Of a DNA stretch of 64,000 nt, positions 40,782 to 54,931 are shown piece after piece. Origin of the DNA: Octopus sinensis (Eukaryota); the NCBI RefSeq assembly GCF_006345805.1, contig NC_043000.1:19034001-19098000 (forward strand), in the 5' to 3' direction. The translations under genes and the position numbers were made by a program. Position 1 is the stretch's first letter, and every line of letters starts with the position of its first letter. Under the pieces are notes generated by a model that did no database searches, was not told the origin of the DNA, and was given only the letters and a program-made list of their open reading frames with translations.

Positions 40782-41184
40782 GAGAGAGAGAGGGGGGGAT
40801 AGAGAGAGGGAGGAGTGAGTGAGTGAATGGTGACATGCACCCAAAGACTGGCACTCCGCCGCTTACAACAACGAGTGTCCCAGTTGATCCGACCGACAGA
40901 ACAGCCTGGTTGTGAAATTAACGTGAAAGTGGCTGAGTACTCTACAGACACACGTGCCTTGACGTAGTTCTCTGGAAGGTTCAGAGTGACACGGAATGTG
41001 ACAAGGCTGGCCCTTTGAATTAAGGTACAACTCATTTTTGCCAGCTGAATCGAGTGGAGCAACATAAAATAAAGTGCCTTACTGAAGGAGATAACGCGCC
41101 ATCAGGAATCGAACTTGCGACTTTACGATCGTGAGGCGAATACCCTAACCATTAAACCACGCGCCTTCAAAAGATATAGAGAAA

Positions 41185-41219
<35 letters not shown>

Positions 41220-41908
41220 GGGAGAAAGAGAGGGTAAGGGAAAGAGAAATAAATAAATAGACAGTAATGTAAAAAAGAAACGTATGTTTTATTAAATCAA
41301 GTCTTTAAAATACCTATTTCTTTACTACCCACAAGGGGCTAAACACAGAGGGGACAAACAAGGACAGATAAACGGATTAAGTCGATTACATCGACCCCAG
41401 CGCGTAACTGGTACTTAATTTATCGACCCCGAAAGGATGAAAGGCAAAGTCGACCTCGGCGGAATTTGAACTCAGAACGTAGTGGCAGACGAAAAACCGC
41501 TAAGCATTTCGCTCAGCACGCTAACGATTCTGCCAGCTCGCCGCCTTCTAACTACTGCATATAAAGCTGAACGTTTATTCCACAGGTATCCACTGGTTAC
41601 TATAATGTGAAGATTAATGTAGCAGCAAGTAGAAATTGAAAAGACAATTCACAGTGGTTGTATGATGTTAAAGGTCTATATGTGCTGGCACAAAGCAATT
41701 CTAAGTTGACAATTGTAACGGTTTGTTCAGTTGACTAACCAGCAACACGTCCTACAATTCTCTTGTTGTTGGGAACGTTTCTAGAGGAAATAGATACCTT
41801 TCAACAGCACGTATTAATTTTCTGATAAACTTGTTGAAACATCGCACTGTCTGTTTTTCTACGCTCCCCCTCTCTCCACTCTTGTCTCGATGCTGCTATT
41901 TAATTGTG

Positions 41909-42291
41909 TGGAGGCGCAATGGCCCAGTGGTTAGGGCAGCGGACTCGCGGTCGTAGGATCGCGGTTTCGATTCCCAGACCGGGCGTTGTGAGTGTTTATT
42001 GAGCGAAAACACCTAAAGCTCCACGAGGCTCTGGCAGGGGATGGTGGTGATCCCTGCTGTACTCTTTCACCACAACTTTCTCTCACTCTTACTTCCTGTT
42101 TCTGTTGTACCTGTATTTCAAAGGGCCGGCCTTGTCACTCTTTGTGTCACGCTGAATATCCCCGAGGACTACGGTAAGGGTGCACGTGTCTGTGGAGTGC
42201 TCAGCCACTTACACGTTAATTTCACGAGCAGGCTGTTCCGTTGATTCGGATCAACCGGAACCCTCGTCTTCGTAACCGACGGAGTGCTTCT
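41909..42291 (+). mobile_element. tRNA-derived SINE family A; copies at 1-304, 1406-1719, 45958-46175, 46938-47138 (+) and 33406-33788, 47874-48243, 56660-57037 (-)
   Basis: A box TGGCCCAGTGG, B box GGTTTCGATTCC; TSDs ATAAATATGAT (46927/47139) and CACATGAAATATA (47861/48244). Confidence 0.88.
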
Positions 42292-42626
42292 ATTCCATTC
42301 AATATAGACTTTTTCGTATGTACATTCACATACGCATATATTCTCTTCCTTTCTAGGATTTCATCATAGGCTGTTATTGTTTTTTCATGAAATGCATGGA
42401 AGTCACGTGTCATTGTCTAAAGTTAGATTACGAAATGAGACTATGATAAGATATAACGGTGGGGAAATGATTGCACTGATGTATGCAAATGAGCATGTTT
42501 ATATGCATGAAAGCATGTATGTATGTCATTATTCAGTTTATTTCAAGATTTCTTGCCAATAGAGAAAGAACCGGTTTCTAACCTAGATCCAAGCTCCTTC
42601 ATTGGAATTTCAACATCAACAACGGG

Positions 42627-42657
<31 letters not shown>

Positions 42658-42909
42658 TGTATGTATGTATGTATGTATGTATGTATGTATGTATGTATGT
42701 ATGTATGTATGTATGTATGTTTGTTTGTATGTATGTATGTATGCATGTATGTATGTATGTATGTATGTACGTATGTATGTATGTATCTATGTATGTGTAT
42801 GTATGTATGTATGTATATATGTATGTATGTGCAGATATGTATGCTTTATGTATGTATTCTCCTGCATATATTTACATATCTAGACAGGCTCATATATATA
42901 TAGTTAAAT

Positions 42910-43790
42910 TATAAACTTCTTTAAAGCTTTACAGATTTTTACAGTTTCCGTGATAGATTGGATCTGTAGTCTTCGAATTTGGTCTCTCTTTTCTGGTTTT
43001 GAGAAGTCTAATTTTTCAAGATTGATATTTAGGCAGTGTGTTACATATCCCAGGACCCCAATAATTACAAGTATGAACCTGAACTTGTAATCTGGATAGA
43101 GTAACTACAGATTTCTCAACAATTCAGCATAGGTGTTTTCTTTTCCACTGATCTTCAGCTTTATGTTAACATCCGCTGGGCAGCTAATTTCCACAACTAT
43201 GCACAGTTTCTCTTCTCTATCCCAAATCAGGTCTGTTGTACTTACATTTTATTGAGGTCATCACTGGAACATTCCACCAGTATTACTTTTTATTAAGTGT
43301 GGCTATGGCTTCTACCATATTGTGAGTTCTTATTTCTTTGCTCACGGGATTATCTTTCCGATGGATTTCAATATAGAATGTTCTAGCTACGACATCATGT
43401 CTCATCGGTTGATAATACCGTGTTGACGTTTTCGGACAACTACTTATGATGTGGGTAATATCTTCAGTATGAACTCCATAAAGTCTACATCCGTTGTTAC
43501 ATTTTACTGCTTTTCCTGCATCTCTATCCCTTTTGTGCATCAGGTACTTCTCTTTATTTTCTTTATTCGGCAGTAATATTCTTTACTGACACATATTTTG
43601 TAACAGGTGCCATTATATGATATATTCTCATCCACCCCTATATACCTGTAACATCCTTCGTCAGATACAGGGGAAACAGTCAAATTATTGATAGAGATGT
43701 TAATAATCTGGTTCATAGTTTCCCCCTTTTCACAATCATATAACAACATTTATCCTGATTAAACTCCAACCCTGTATCCTTTGAGAATGT
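42910..43790 (-). mobile_element. Degenerate RLE-type non-LTR retrotransposon fragment (RT piece, zinc knuckle, endonuclease)
   Basis: YRYIGVDE; CRL..EDITHIISSC...RY...RHDVVA; W.W..P, RPDL, EISCP in broken frames. Confidence 0.7.
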
Positions 43791-44153
43791 TGTAAATAGG
43801 CCAAGGCTCTTTTTCATCTCATGCATATTCTGTGCATAAAGTTTTATGTATGTATGTATGTTGTATGTACGTATGTATGTATGTACGTATGTATGTACGT
43901 ATGTATGTATGTATGTATGTATTATGTATGTATGTATTATGTATGTATGTATGTATGTATGTATGTATTATGTATGCATGCATCATGTATTTGTATGTAA
44001 GTAAATGTGTGCATATATGTATGCATGCATGTATATATATATAGAGAGAGAGGGTCAGAGATAGATAAATATATATGTATATATATATATATAGAGAGAG
44101 AGAGAGGTCAGAGATAGATAAATATATATGTATATATATATATATAATAAATA

Positions 44154-44193
<40 letters not shown>

Positions 44194-45012
44194 TATATAT
44201 ATATATATATATATTATATACATATACATACATGTATTATATATATGTATATTATCCGAAGTGTAAAGTGTTATATATCAATCACGGCTGTATCGCGCTA
44301 GGCGTACGATGGAGTGTTAGGTAACGAACCGATTATATACCCTACGCTACGCTCATCAGAGGTAGCTGATATGGAATACCTTTAGACGATTTACTTACGT
44401 ATATGTATAGACAAATATATATATATATGCATAATATATATATATATATATATATTATATGCATATATATATATATATATATATTATATATTATATGTTT
44501 ATACATAATACATATATATTATACATGCATAAACCACGCATACGCACACACATATATATATATGTGTGTGTGTATGTGCGTGTACACTTATATACACATG
44601 CATATATGATCCTGCTAGTATATATATATAGAGAGATAGATATATATATATTGGTGTGCGTGCGCGTGCGTGTGTGTATACATATTTCTTACATATATAT
44701 AAGTCTACCAAAAGTATTTTCAACCATTGTCTCAGATACAAAACTTGCGGGAGCCTCTATGTGGCCGCTCCGCAGGCCACAAATAGCTGCCGACTCTAAC
44801 TTATATCATACACCCTTTCTTTGAGAAAGAAAGCACACAATCTATATTGTAGTCATACATACTCTATGTTTCAAAATATGCTGGGATGCTTGAGGCTGGC
44901 GCTCTTTTGATCAATACACTTAATGAATGAAAGCTGATCTAGAGATAAATAATGACAAAAGCAACAACTAGACACCATATAAATTGAAATGCAATAGAAA
45001 TTTACAACTTAC

Positions 45013-45085
45013 CGAATATTCGACTTCCGACTGAAGGAATAATAGCGTAAACATAGTATAAGACGAAAGTCAGAGAAATCAGCAT
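45013..45085 (-). CDS. Cont: Contactin coding exon 1 (start codon and signal peptide MLISLTFVLYYVYAIIPSVGSRIF)
   Basis: ATG at 45085, hydrophobic 24-codon stretch, G|GTAAGT phase-1 donor that joins in frame (G+AT=Asp) to the exon at 33129. A ttttacttttAG acceptor at 45113-45114 implies a further upstream UTR exon. Confidence 0.75.
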
Positions 45086-45217
45086 GTGGATTCGTTAGGG
45101 TTTTGCATGAAACTAAAAGTAAAAGTATTTACGAAAGACATTAGTGAATAACTTTGTTTCAGTTTTACATTCCTACATACATACATACATACATACATAC
45201 ATACATACATTCATACA

Positions 45218-45317
45218 NNNNNNNNNNNNNNNNNNNNNNNNNNNNNNNNNNNNNNNNNNNNNNNNNNNNNNNNNNNNNNNNNNNNNNNNNNNNNNNNNNN
45301 NNNNNNNNNNNNNNNNN
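45218..45317. other. Assembly gap (100 N) just upstream of the start-codon exon
   Basis: Run of 100 N; contiguity across it is not guaranteed. Confidence 0.99.
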
Positions 45318-45414
45318 TTGTTCTCGTTCAAAGAAAAGAAGCTAAAACATACGAGACAAATTTATGAATTTTACCTTTCCATGTAACGTTCTTATTTTTT
45401 CCTTTCTTAAAAGC

Positions 45415-45800
45415 ATGATAAACTTAGATAAACTTAGATATGTTTCGACCAAAGATTCGTCCAGGCCATGTCTAACTTAATAGCACCACCTGATAGGATT
45501 ATCTAAATCCTGTTTAAGTCAAGTTTTGTTTATGGTCCATTCAAGTAGTGAGTTCTTGTTGAGTGAGTAGTATCCAGGTATGGATGGCTTATCCGGTATT
45601 CCTTGAAGAAATCTGTCCAGACTCCGTTTAAAGGTGATGGGATCCTTTTCCTCTTTGATCAATTTAGGGACAATGTTAAACAGGGCAGGGCCTGTAGAGG
45701 AAAAGAAATTGTGTCGCAGTGTACCTATATGTTGTGATCCTGAATATGAATAAAATCTTCGGAAATATTCTGTCATTCTGCATTGTGTGAGCATGTTGTG
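45415..45800 (-). mobile_element. 3' end of a CR1/L2-like LINE; second copy at about 63590-63820 (+)
   Basis: GPALFNIVP..I...FKRSLDRFL..IPDKP..GY...N.NSLLEW and a shared 3' UTR in both copies. Confidence 0.65.
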
Positions 45801-47309
45801 AAATGATACAATGTGTGGCCCTGCTTTCTACATCACAACAATACTAGTAGGGATATCAGTACTGTTGTTGCTATTGATGCTGTTGTTATTTAGCCGAAGC
45901 TCATCCTTCTATGGATTTATGACCAGTGATAATCAATTACCTCTTAAAGCATGGACGTGGAGGCGCAATGGCCCAGTGGTTAGGGCAGCGGACTCGCGGT
46001 CGTGGGATCGCGGTTTCGATTCCCAGACCGAGCGTTGTGAGTATTTATTGAGCGAAAACACTTAAAGCTCCACGACGCTCCGGCAGGGATGGTGGTGATC
46101 CCTGCTGTACTCTTTCACCACAACTTTCTCTCATTCTTACTTCCTGTTTCTGTTGTACCTGTATTTCAAAGGGCCGCGTCTACGATGAGTCTACAATTTA
46201 AAAAAAAAATTTACCATTATTTTTTTCCATTTTAATGCATTTTTTTGCTATTATATAAGGGAAGTAACTCTCTAAAAATGTCTACGATGAGTCAACGATT
46301 TAAAAAAAAATTTACCATAATTTTTTTTCCATTTTTAATGCATTTTTTTGCTATTTTTTTTGCTATAACTCTCTAAAAATGCTTATATAGTTATTTCCCT
46401 TACAAACCCGAGCAACGTCGGGCGATACTGCTTGTAAATTATATATTTGGGTGTAGGGATCCAGTCTGTCCAGGGACAAAAGCTCATAACTGGGTAATGG
46501 GATTGCTTATTGTAAGTCTAGCACTGGACCCTAAAATACCCTCCACGGGCCCTGCGGCAGTGTGAGATTTGAAGGAGATTTGGTTACTACTTTTCGCATG
46601 TTGAGATCTGTTCCGTTGGCTCGTTTTTATATGAACAGAGAAGAAACACAATTTCTAGCATGTGAATGCTATTAATATTCAGCGCTTGTATCGTTTGACA
46701 TTTATTTTCAAGTATCTATTATTCTTTTCTTTCCACTAAATCTGAGAATAACAAACTCGCAGGTAACCAAGATGATATTATTTCAAGTTACCTGCCAAAA
46801 GGTCGAGTGCTGGTGTTTCATCAATGACAAAGTTTTGGTGTTCATTGCCAAAGTGGTAGCTATACACCACCCAATTGTAAAGAGCTATGTGTAGACACAG
46901 CGTACTGATGTAACGAGCAGAAGAGTATAAATATGATTGGAGGCGCAATGGCCCAGTGGTTAGGGCAGCGGACTCGCGGTCATAGGATCGCGGTTTCGAT
47001 TCCCAGACCGGGCGTTGTAAGGGTACACGTGTCTGTGGAGTGCTCAGCCACTTACACGTTAATTTCACGAGCAGGCTGTTCCGTTGATCGGATCAACAGG
47101 AACCCTCGTCGTCGTAACCGACGGAGTGCTTCCATTCCATAAATATGATAGCCCACGTTTACCAAAATAATATTTTATTAAATGAGGACTGACATTATTT
47201 GTTGTAGCTGGTCAAAAGGAATTTTTAGTCAATCAGAATTACACCTGTAATAATAAGAAAATTGATTAGCGTTAATGATAATCATTGTCAAGAGTAAAGA
47301 GTAAAAGAG

Positions 47310-47650
47310 AATATATAAGCCTTTGTTTGAAATAGGTTGGAAAAGGCGCTGATCCATGAAGCATGCTAATTTCTGGATCTTCTCTGATGTTATACCACGA
47401 GATACATCCACTATTGCCTGTCACAGTTCATCCTTACTCCTAAATTGGCGTCCACTCACATAAACACGTCGCTTTAGAATACTCCACAAGTTTTCTATTG
47501 GGTTTAAGTCGGGAGAACAAGCGGGCCACCTCATCTTCTGAGGTCCACAGAAGTCTAACTGTTGCAGATACTCTGTTGTTTTCTTCGTTGAGTGCGAGGA
47601 CGCATTATCTTGCTTGAATATTATGGTTGTTTTGAAGGCGACCCTTTGAT
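47310..47650 (-). mobile_element. Second Tc1-like transposase fragment of the same family
   Basis: FKQDNASSH...[23 protein letters not shown]; DNA similar to 49030-49365. Confidence 0.8.
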
Positions 47651-48256
47651 TCATATGATATGTACGTCACGTACAGTTATTCGTTTCTCGTCAGCAACAC
47701 TGTTTTGGATGGTCATTACCCAGCAATTTAAGTTGCAGAGTTGTAGTTCTGTCAGTTGTAAAGAATTACGTGCAGAAGCTGCCTACAGCTTTAAAAAGTG
47801 GGAGGTGTAATACTAAAACAGTATCGAAACAGCGTTAAATTAACATAACCATCTGCAAATCACATGAAATATAGAACCACTCCGTCGGTTACGACGACGA
47901 GGGCTCCGGTTCATCCGATCAACGGAACAGCCTGCTCATGAAATTAACGTGTAAGTGGCTGAGCACTCCACAGACACGTGTACCCTTAACGTAGTTTGGG
48001 GATATCAGCGTGACACAGAGAGTGACAAGCCGGCCCCTTGAAATACAGGTACAACAGAAACAGGAGTAAGAGTGAGGAGAGAAAGTGTGGTGAAAGAGTA
48101 CAGCAGGGATACCACCATCCCCTGCCGGAGCCTCGTGGAGCTATAGGTGTTTTCGCTCAATAACACTCACAACGCCCGGAATCGAAACCGCGATCCTACG
48201 ACCGCGAGTCCGCTGCCCTAACCACTGGGCCATTGCGCCTCCACACATGAAATATA

Positions 48257-49880
48257 CACTGAGTTTCAAACTATTAACGGTGTAATATCTAAAATTATTA
48301 ACGACGTAATATTTAAAAACTACTCGTTAGAATTCAACGAAATTTTCACAAAATGTCGGTACCAGTTATGTGCGCGTGGTGTATGAAAAACACGCGGTTT
48401 TCAAAATAATACAGAAACTGCGGCCACTCACCAAATTTAGGTAGACTTTCACTGTTTCAAATTAATTATTAATATATAATTAAAACTCATGTAAACAAGA
48501 AAAAATATTCATTTAATTGTTTGATGTAACCCTGAAACGAACACGTGCGGTCATAAATGTGGAAAAAAATGAAAATAAACGAATAAACAGCGTTCAAAAA
48601 TAATTGGTGTGCTGGTTAGTAAGGAATATAGGCGTAGGAGTGGCTGTGTGGTAAGTAGCTTGCTTACGAACCAAATGGTTCCGGGTTCAGTCCAACTGCG
48701 TAACACATTGGGCAAGTGTCTTCTACAATAGTCTCGGGCCGACCAAAGCCTTGTGAGTGGATTTGGTAGACGGAAACTAAAAGAAGTCGTCGTATATATG
48801 TGTGTGTGTTTGTGTGTCTGTGTTTGCCCCCCCCCATCCATCGCTTCATAACCGATGCTGGTTTGTTTACGTCCCCGTAACTTAGCGATTCGGCAAAAGA
48901 GACCGATAGAATAAGTACTAGGCTTACAAAGAATAAGTCCTGGGGTCGATTTGCTCGACTAAAGGCGGTGCTCCAGCTTGGCCACAGTCACATGACTGAA
49001 ACAAGTAAAAGAGTAAAGAGTAAAAGATAATATGTAAGCTTTTGTTTCAAATAGGTTGGAAAAGGCGCTGATCTATGAAACAGGCTAATTTCTGGATCTC
49101 CTCTGATGTTATACCACGAAATACATTCACTATTGCCTGTCACAGTTCATCTTTACTCCTGAATTGGCGTCCATTTCGTAAACACGCCGCTTTAGAATAC
49201 TCCACAAGTTTTCTATTGGATTTAAGTCGGGAGAACAAGCAGGCCACTTCATCTCCTGAGGTCCACAGAAGCCTAATTGCTGCAGATACTCTGTTGTTTT
49301 CTTCTCTGAGTGCGAGGGTGCATTGTCTTGCTTGAATATTATGGCTGTCTTGAAGGCGATCCTTTGCTTTTTAACCAAGGTTCAAAGTGCTCCTTTAGAA
49401 AGGCTATGTAAGCGTCCGCAGTCATTTTAACACCGACCGGTACTTTTCAAAGGCCAACCATAATACCTCCAATAATACCTGCCCAAATCATGATACCCCC
49501 TCCCCTTGCTGGCGTCTCAAGTGTTGATGACGTTCTCATCCATTTACAACCCATTGGTCCAGCGATCAGATCCATCAACGGTAGCACGAGTCTCGTCCGA
49601 AAACAAAACTTTTGAAAAATCAACTTCATGTTATCTTCTGCCTATTTCAGACAATTTTGTATTTGTGTTTCCAAGATCACTGGTTGATAATTTGGAACAC
49701 TGAAAGTTCGTAGAAATGATGCAAATGGCTGCGGTTGTGCAAAATCGGACGTGTTTTTTTTACACGCCACGTGCATATAACTGATGCCATCATTCTGTGG
49801 AAATTTCGTTGAATTCAAACAAGTAGTTTTTAAATATTTTTTTTTTAAATGCTACGTCGTTAATAACTTGAAACGTAGTG
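48257..49880 (-). mobile_element. Tc1-like DNA transposon (TA-flanked, diverged TIRs) with a nested SINE
   Basis: TA|CACT..AGTG|TA termini; inverted repeats about 48257-48355 and 49790-49880; [46 protein letters not shown]; SINE at 48629-49017. Confidence 0.8.
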
Positions 49881-50441
49881 TATATACATTGTGGAAGAGC
49901 CTGCTGTTGTGGTTTTTGTCTGAGAAAAAAAAATCTCATAGATATTTGCGTATATACAACTAGTATTATACACAAACAGCTATCTTAATCTGATACCGTT
50001 TCGGTGCATTTACCGAATTTTTTACAGCTTGGCGAGTTAGTAATCTAATATGTAATTTATGTGACTTTTTCCAATTACAATTTTAATATAGAAGCCACAA
50101 AAAGATTAGAACGATCGTCAAACACTTTTGAGTAAATCGTGTGAGACACTTTAATCTCTGTATGGAATATTTTAGAAACAAAATATTTGAGAAAGATAGT
50201 TAGGAGCTAAGTCACATGCTTGCTAAAAATAATAGCCAAACCTTCGTTAAACTATTGAGGCCATGCTGGGTACCACCTTGAAGAATTTTTTTTTTGTCGA
50301 ATAAATGGACCTAAGTACTTAATGTTTTTAAAGCCTAATACTTATTTTATCGGTTTCTCAGGCCGAACCACTATGTTACGGGGACTTAAACAAGCGGTTA
50401 TCAAGGCGGTGTTGGGAGGCAAACACATACACACACACGCA

Positions 50442-50474
<33 letters not shown>

Positions 50475-50929
50475 GCATACACACACATGTTTAAATATAT
50501 ATATATATATATATATATGAGATGCTTCTTTCAGTTTCCATCTACCAAATCCACTCAATAGGCTTTGGTCGGCCAGAGACTATATTAGAAGACACTTGCT
50601 CAAGGTGCTACGCAGGAGGACTGAACCCAAAACCACTTGGCTGAGGCAATTTTTCACTATTGTTTCAGTCATTGCTAGTGCACCATACTGGAGCACCAGC
50701 TTCACAGTTGGTTTTAGTCGAACAAGTTGGATCCAGTACCTATTTTTTTTTCAAGTCTGTTACTTATTCTATTGGTCTCTGTTGCCAAAGTGCTAGATTG
50801 CATAAACGTAAACAAACCAGCACCAGTTGTTAAGCAGTGGTGGTGATGGTAAGGAGTACAAATACGAAGACGGATACACACGGGTGGTGTGTGTGTAATG
50901 TATGCATGCATGCATGTATGTTTATATGT

Positions 50930-50975
50930 ATGCAAGTATGTATGTATGTATGTGTTGTGATTATATAAATATATA

Positions 50976-51006
<31 letters not shown>

Positions 51007-51022
51007 TGTATATATATATATG

Positions 51023-51053
<31 letters not shown>

Positions 51054-51296
51054 GTATATATATATATGTATATATATATATACACAATATATTATATGTA
51101 TTATATATATATATGTATATATGTATATATATATATATGTATATATGTGTATATAATATATATATATATATATATATTATATATAATATATTAGTATATA
51201 TAATAATGTATATATATATGTATATATATATATGTATATATATATATGTATATATGTATATATATATGTCTATATATATGTGATATATTATATATG

Positions 51297-51329
<33 letters not shown>

Positions 51330-51501
51330 GTATATATATATGTATATATATATATATGGATATATATATATATATCTATGATATATATATATATAGATTA
51401 TATATTATGTATATATATATATATGTATGATATATATATGATATATATATGTATATATATATATATATAGGTATATATATGTATTATATATGTATTATAT
51501 G

Positions 51502-51577
<76 letters not shown>

Positions 51578-51590
51578 ATATATGTATATA

Positions 51591-51645
<55 letters not shown>

Positions 51646-51988
51646 CATACATATACGAGTGTACTGGCATAGATGTGGCAACATATGAAATTTTGTCTAG
51701 GTATATGCAGCTGATGAAGACAAATCAAATCCACGTTGTCAAACGTATTTAAAGAGTCTGAAACCGGTACTGCATTATCCGATTGTAGGTTTTCCATTTT
51801 TCAGATGTTCTTCCTAGAGGTAAGACAAATTTTTTTCATGTTAGTTGCACACACGCGTCTTTGCTAGTATATACTCAGTGAAGCTATACAATAGCGTCGT
51901 ATTTAATTCGATTGCTATTTTCCAGTAAATATCGGTGCCTCGTTGTACCATTTATTTACTTATATATAAATATATATCTATATATAAT

Positions 51989-52034
<46 letters not shown>

Positions 52035-52060
52035 TATATAACATACAGATATATGATATG

Positions 52061-52105
<45 letters not shown>

Positions 52106-52126
52106 ATTACACAGATATATGTGTGG

Positions 52127-52163
<37 letters not shown>

Positions 52164-52181
52164 CATACCACACACACACAC

Positions 52182-52217
<36 letters not shown>

Positions 52218-52402
52218 GATATATATATATATTATATATATATATATATATATAAATATAATATAATGAGAAGGTTTACGAAAACAAACAAAAGACGAAG
52301 GCAGGTGGAGTACAAACAAACAATTGTATTAGTATGGCGCTCAGGAATAGAAATAAAACAAGTCTTTTACGTTTCGACCCTACGCTCTTCGACAGAAAGA
52401 GA

Positions 52403-52447
<45 letters not shown>

Positions 52448-52460
52448 ATATAGTATGCGG
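50930..52460. repeat. Long degenerate (TA)n fields
   Basis: Direct inspection. Confidence 0.95.
52363..52400 (-). ncRNA. Minimal hammerhead-like motif (A6U variant) between (TA)n tracts
   Basis: UCUUU / CUGUCGA / A / GAGC-GUAG-GGUC / GAAAC / GUA / AAAGA; 5-bp stem I; stem II has a G-G mismatch. Confidence 0.55.
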
Positions 52461-53811
52461 ACTATCACGTAGTCAAACAGTATAGCCAGGGTTATCTACC
52501 TTAAACGTTCAGTTAGTAAAAGAAACCAATTTTTCCATACGGACATTAACAACAAATTAAACTGCAAGCTGAGACCCTGAGTGAGATTTTAGAACTAATA
52601 TTTTTCTTTGTCATGGATACACCCATGACCTTAGCAATGACTCTAACAGGAAAATCTAAAAGTACAATAACTGACTGGTACAATATGTGACGCAAGGTGT
52701 GTGGGGCCATAGTTTACCATGAACGACGAGAGAAGATGACCCCATTCTGATCGACGAAGCAAGAACATCAACAACATTATGCGGATCCAGTGACCGGAGC
52801 ACACACTAAGACCATTGTGTGATCATGGTTTGATGCTATAACTATGATTCGGAAAAAAAATGATCTCTGAAATATCTGAAGTGTTTTATCTCTGAAACTA
52901 GCAGTATCACCCGGCGTTGCTCGGGTTTGTAAGGGAAATAACTATATAAACATTTTTAGAGAGTTATAGCCATAAAATGCATTAAAAATGGAAAAAAAAT
53001 GATGGTAATTTTTTTTTAATCGTTGACTCATCGTAGACATTTTTAGAGAGTTACTTCCCTTATATAATAGCGAAAAATTGCATAAAAATGGAAAAAAATT
53101 ATGGTAATTTTTTTTTTAAATCGTAGACTCATCGTAGACGCACGTTAATACCCAGCAGGGCTCGATATGAATCACGACTATAAGTTTTGCTTAAACTGCA
53201 CCGCAAAATGTGGGAGTAGTTAGGAATGTAAATCGTAGGAGACAGACACTCACGCAACTTCACTTTTATATATAAAGATATCTGGAAATATCTTAAAGAT
53301 AAGGTAGATAACTATGTCTGACACCGTGGTGGACCGCATAGCACCTATATATGTACATCCAGCATGAAAATTCTAGCATTTTATTTTTTTAAACACTTGT
53401 GTCAAAAAATTTCAATGGCGTGTTGAGTGGCTGCATATATAGATTCCACCATTAGTACGCTATGTGGAGGGCGCGTGGCTTAGTAGTTAGCATGTCTACA
53501 TCTTGATCGTAAGATTGTGGTTTCGATTCCTGGACAGGGTGACGCGTTGTGTTCTTGAGCATAACACTTCATTTCACATTGCTCCAGTCCATTCAGCTGG
53601 AAAAATAAGTAACGCTGCGATGGACTGGCGTCACGTCCAGGTGGGCGGAACACATACGCCATTGAAACCGGGAAACCGGGCCCATGAGCTGGGCTAGGCT
53701 TTAAAAGGGCGCATTTATTTATTTATTAGTACGCTATAATAACATTATATTTGGAGAGATGATCGTGTGTTGGCAGTCAAATGTAAGCTGATGCACAAGT
53801 GTACAATTAGT

Positions 53812-54216
53812 ACTCTTTTACTCTTTTACTTGTTTCAGTCATTTGACTGCGGCCATGCTGGAGCACCGCCTTTAATCGAGCAAACTCGACCCCGGGACTT
53901 ATTCTTTTGTAAGCCCAGTACTTATTCTATCGGTCTCTTTTGCCGAACCGCTAAGTAACAGGGACGTTAACACACCAGCTTCGGTTGTCAAGCAATGCTA
54001 GGGGGACAAACACAGACACACAAACACACACATATATATATACACATATATACGACCGGCTTCTTTCAGTTTCCGTCTACCAAATCCACTCGCAAGGCTT
54101 TGGTCGGCCCGAGGCTATAGTAGAAGACACTTGCCCAAGGTGCCACGCAGTGGGACTGAACCCGGAACCATGTGGTTGGTAAACAAGCTACTTACCACAC
54201 AGCCACTCCTGCGCCT
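53812..54216 (-). mobile_element. tRNA-derived SINE family C with internal microsatellite; copies at about 7060-7459, 20265-20607, 23710-24125, 50250-50642, 62722-63160 (-) and 48629-49017, 62040-62375 (+)
   Basis: Head GGCGCAGGAGTGGCTGTGTGG...GGGTTCAGTCCC, CCTTGGGCAAGTGTC core, (GAGTAAAA)n tail. Confidence 0.88.
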
Positions 54217-54899
54217 TATATGTACCTTTATGAAAAAAATTCATAAAACTTTTGGTACATGCCATCTAAATTTTCTGATACGAGTGTTTAAAAAACATGC
54301 GAGAATTTGAATGCTGGATGTACAGTAATCCCTCGCCATATCGCGGTTCACCTATCGTGGTGTTGTTTTGCATTTATAATAAAATAAACATATACAAATT
54401 ACAAAAATATAAAAATAAAAAATATACAGTACGGTATTGTTTTCACTTCGCAGATTTTCACCTATCGCGGTGTATTTTACATGGTAACACCCGCGATAAT
54501 TGAGGCATTACTGTACATATATATACACACATACTTGCATACATATAAACAGATATGCCACACACACCATACACACAAACATACTACATACATTACAGAC
54601 ATACATACCACATACATACACACACATGTATATATATATATATACATATACACATATATACACATACATACATACTTGCATACATCATACATACATACAT
54701 GCATACATACATACATACATACATACATACATACATACAAACATACATACATGCATACATACATACATACACACATACATGCATGCATTCATGCGTGCAT
54801 ACATACATACATACAAACATACATACATACATACATACATGCATACATACATACATACATGCATACATACATACATACATACATACATACATACATACA

Positions 54900-54931
<32 letters not shown>

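Noticed and set aside
41909-41985. tRNA-like heads as tRNA genes
   Set aside because: They continue into SINE bodies, have TSDs and do not form a full cloverleaf.
46792-46904. AG/GT-bounded minus-strand segment (TLCLHIALYNWVVYS...) as the signal-peptide exon
   Set aside because: No in-frame ATG; the exon at 45013-45085 has an ATG, a hydrophobic core and a GTAAGT donor. It could still be a 5' UTR exon.
51711-51750. CUGAUGA-A-GACAA..UUGUC-AAAC as a hammerhead, or a plus-strand exon at 51701-51829
   Set aside because: G12 and stem I are absent; the candidate exon has stops in all three frames and no partner exons.
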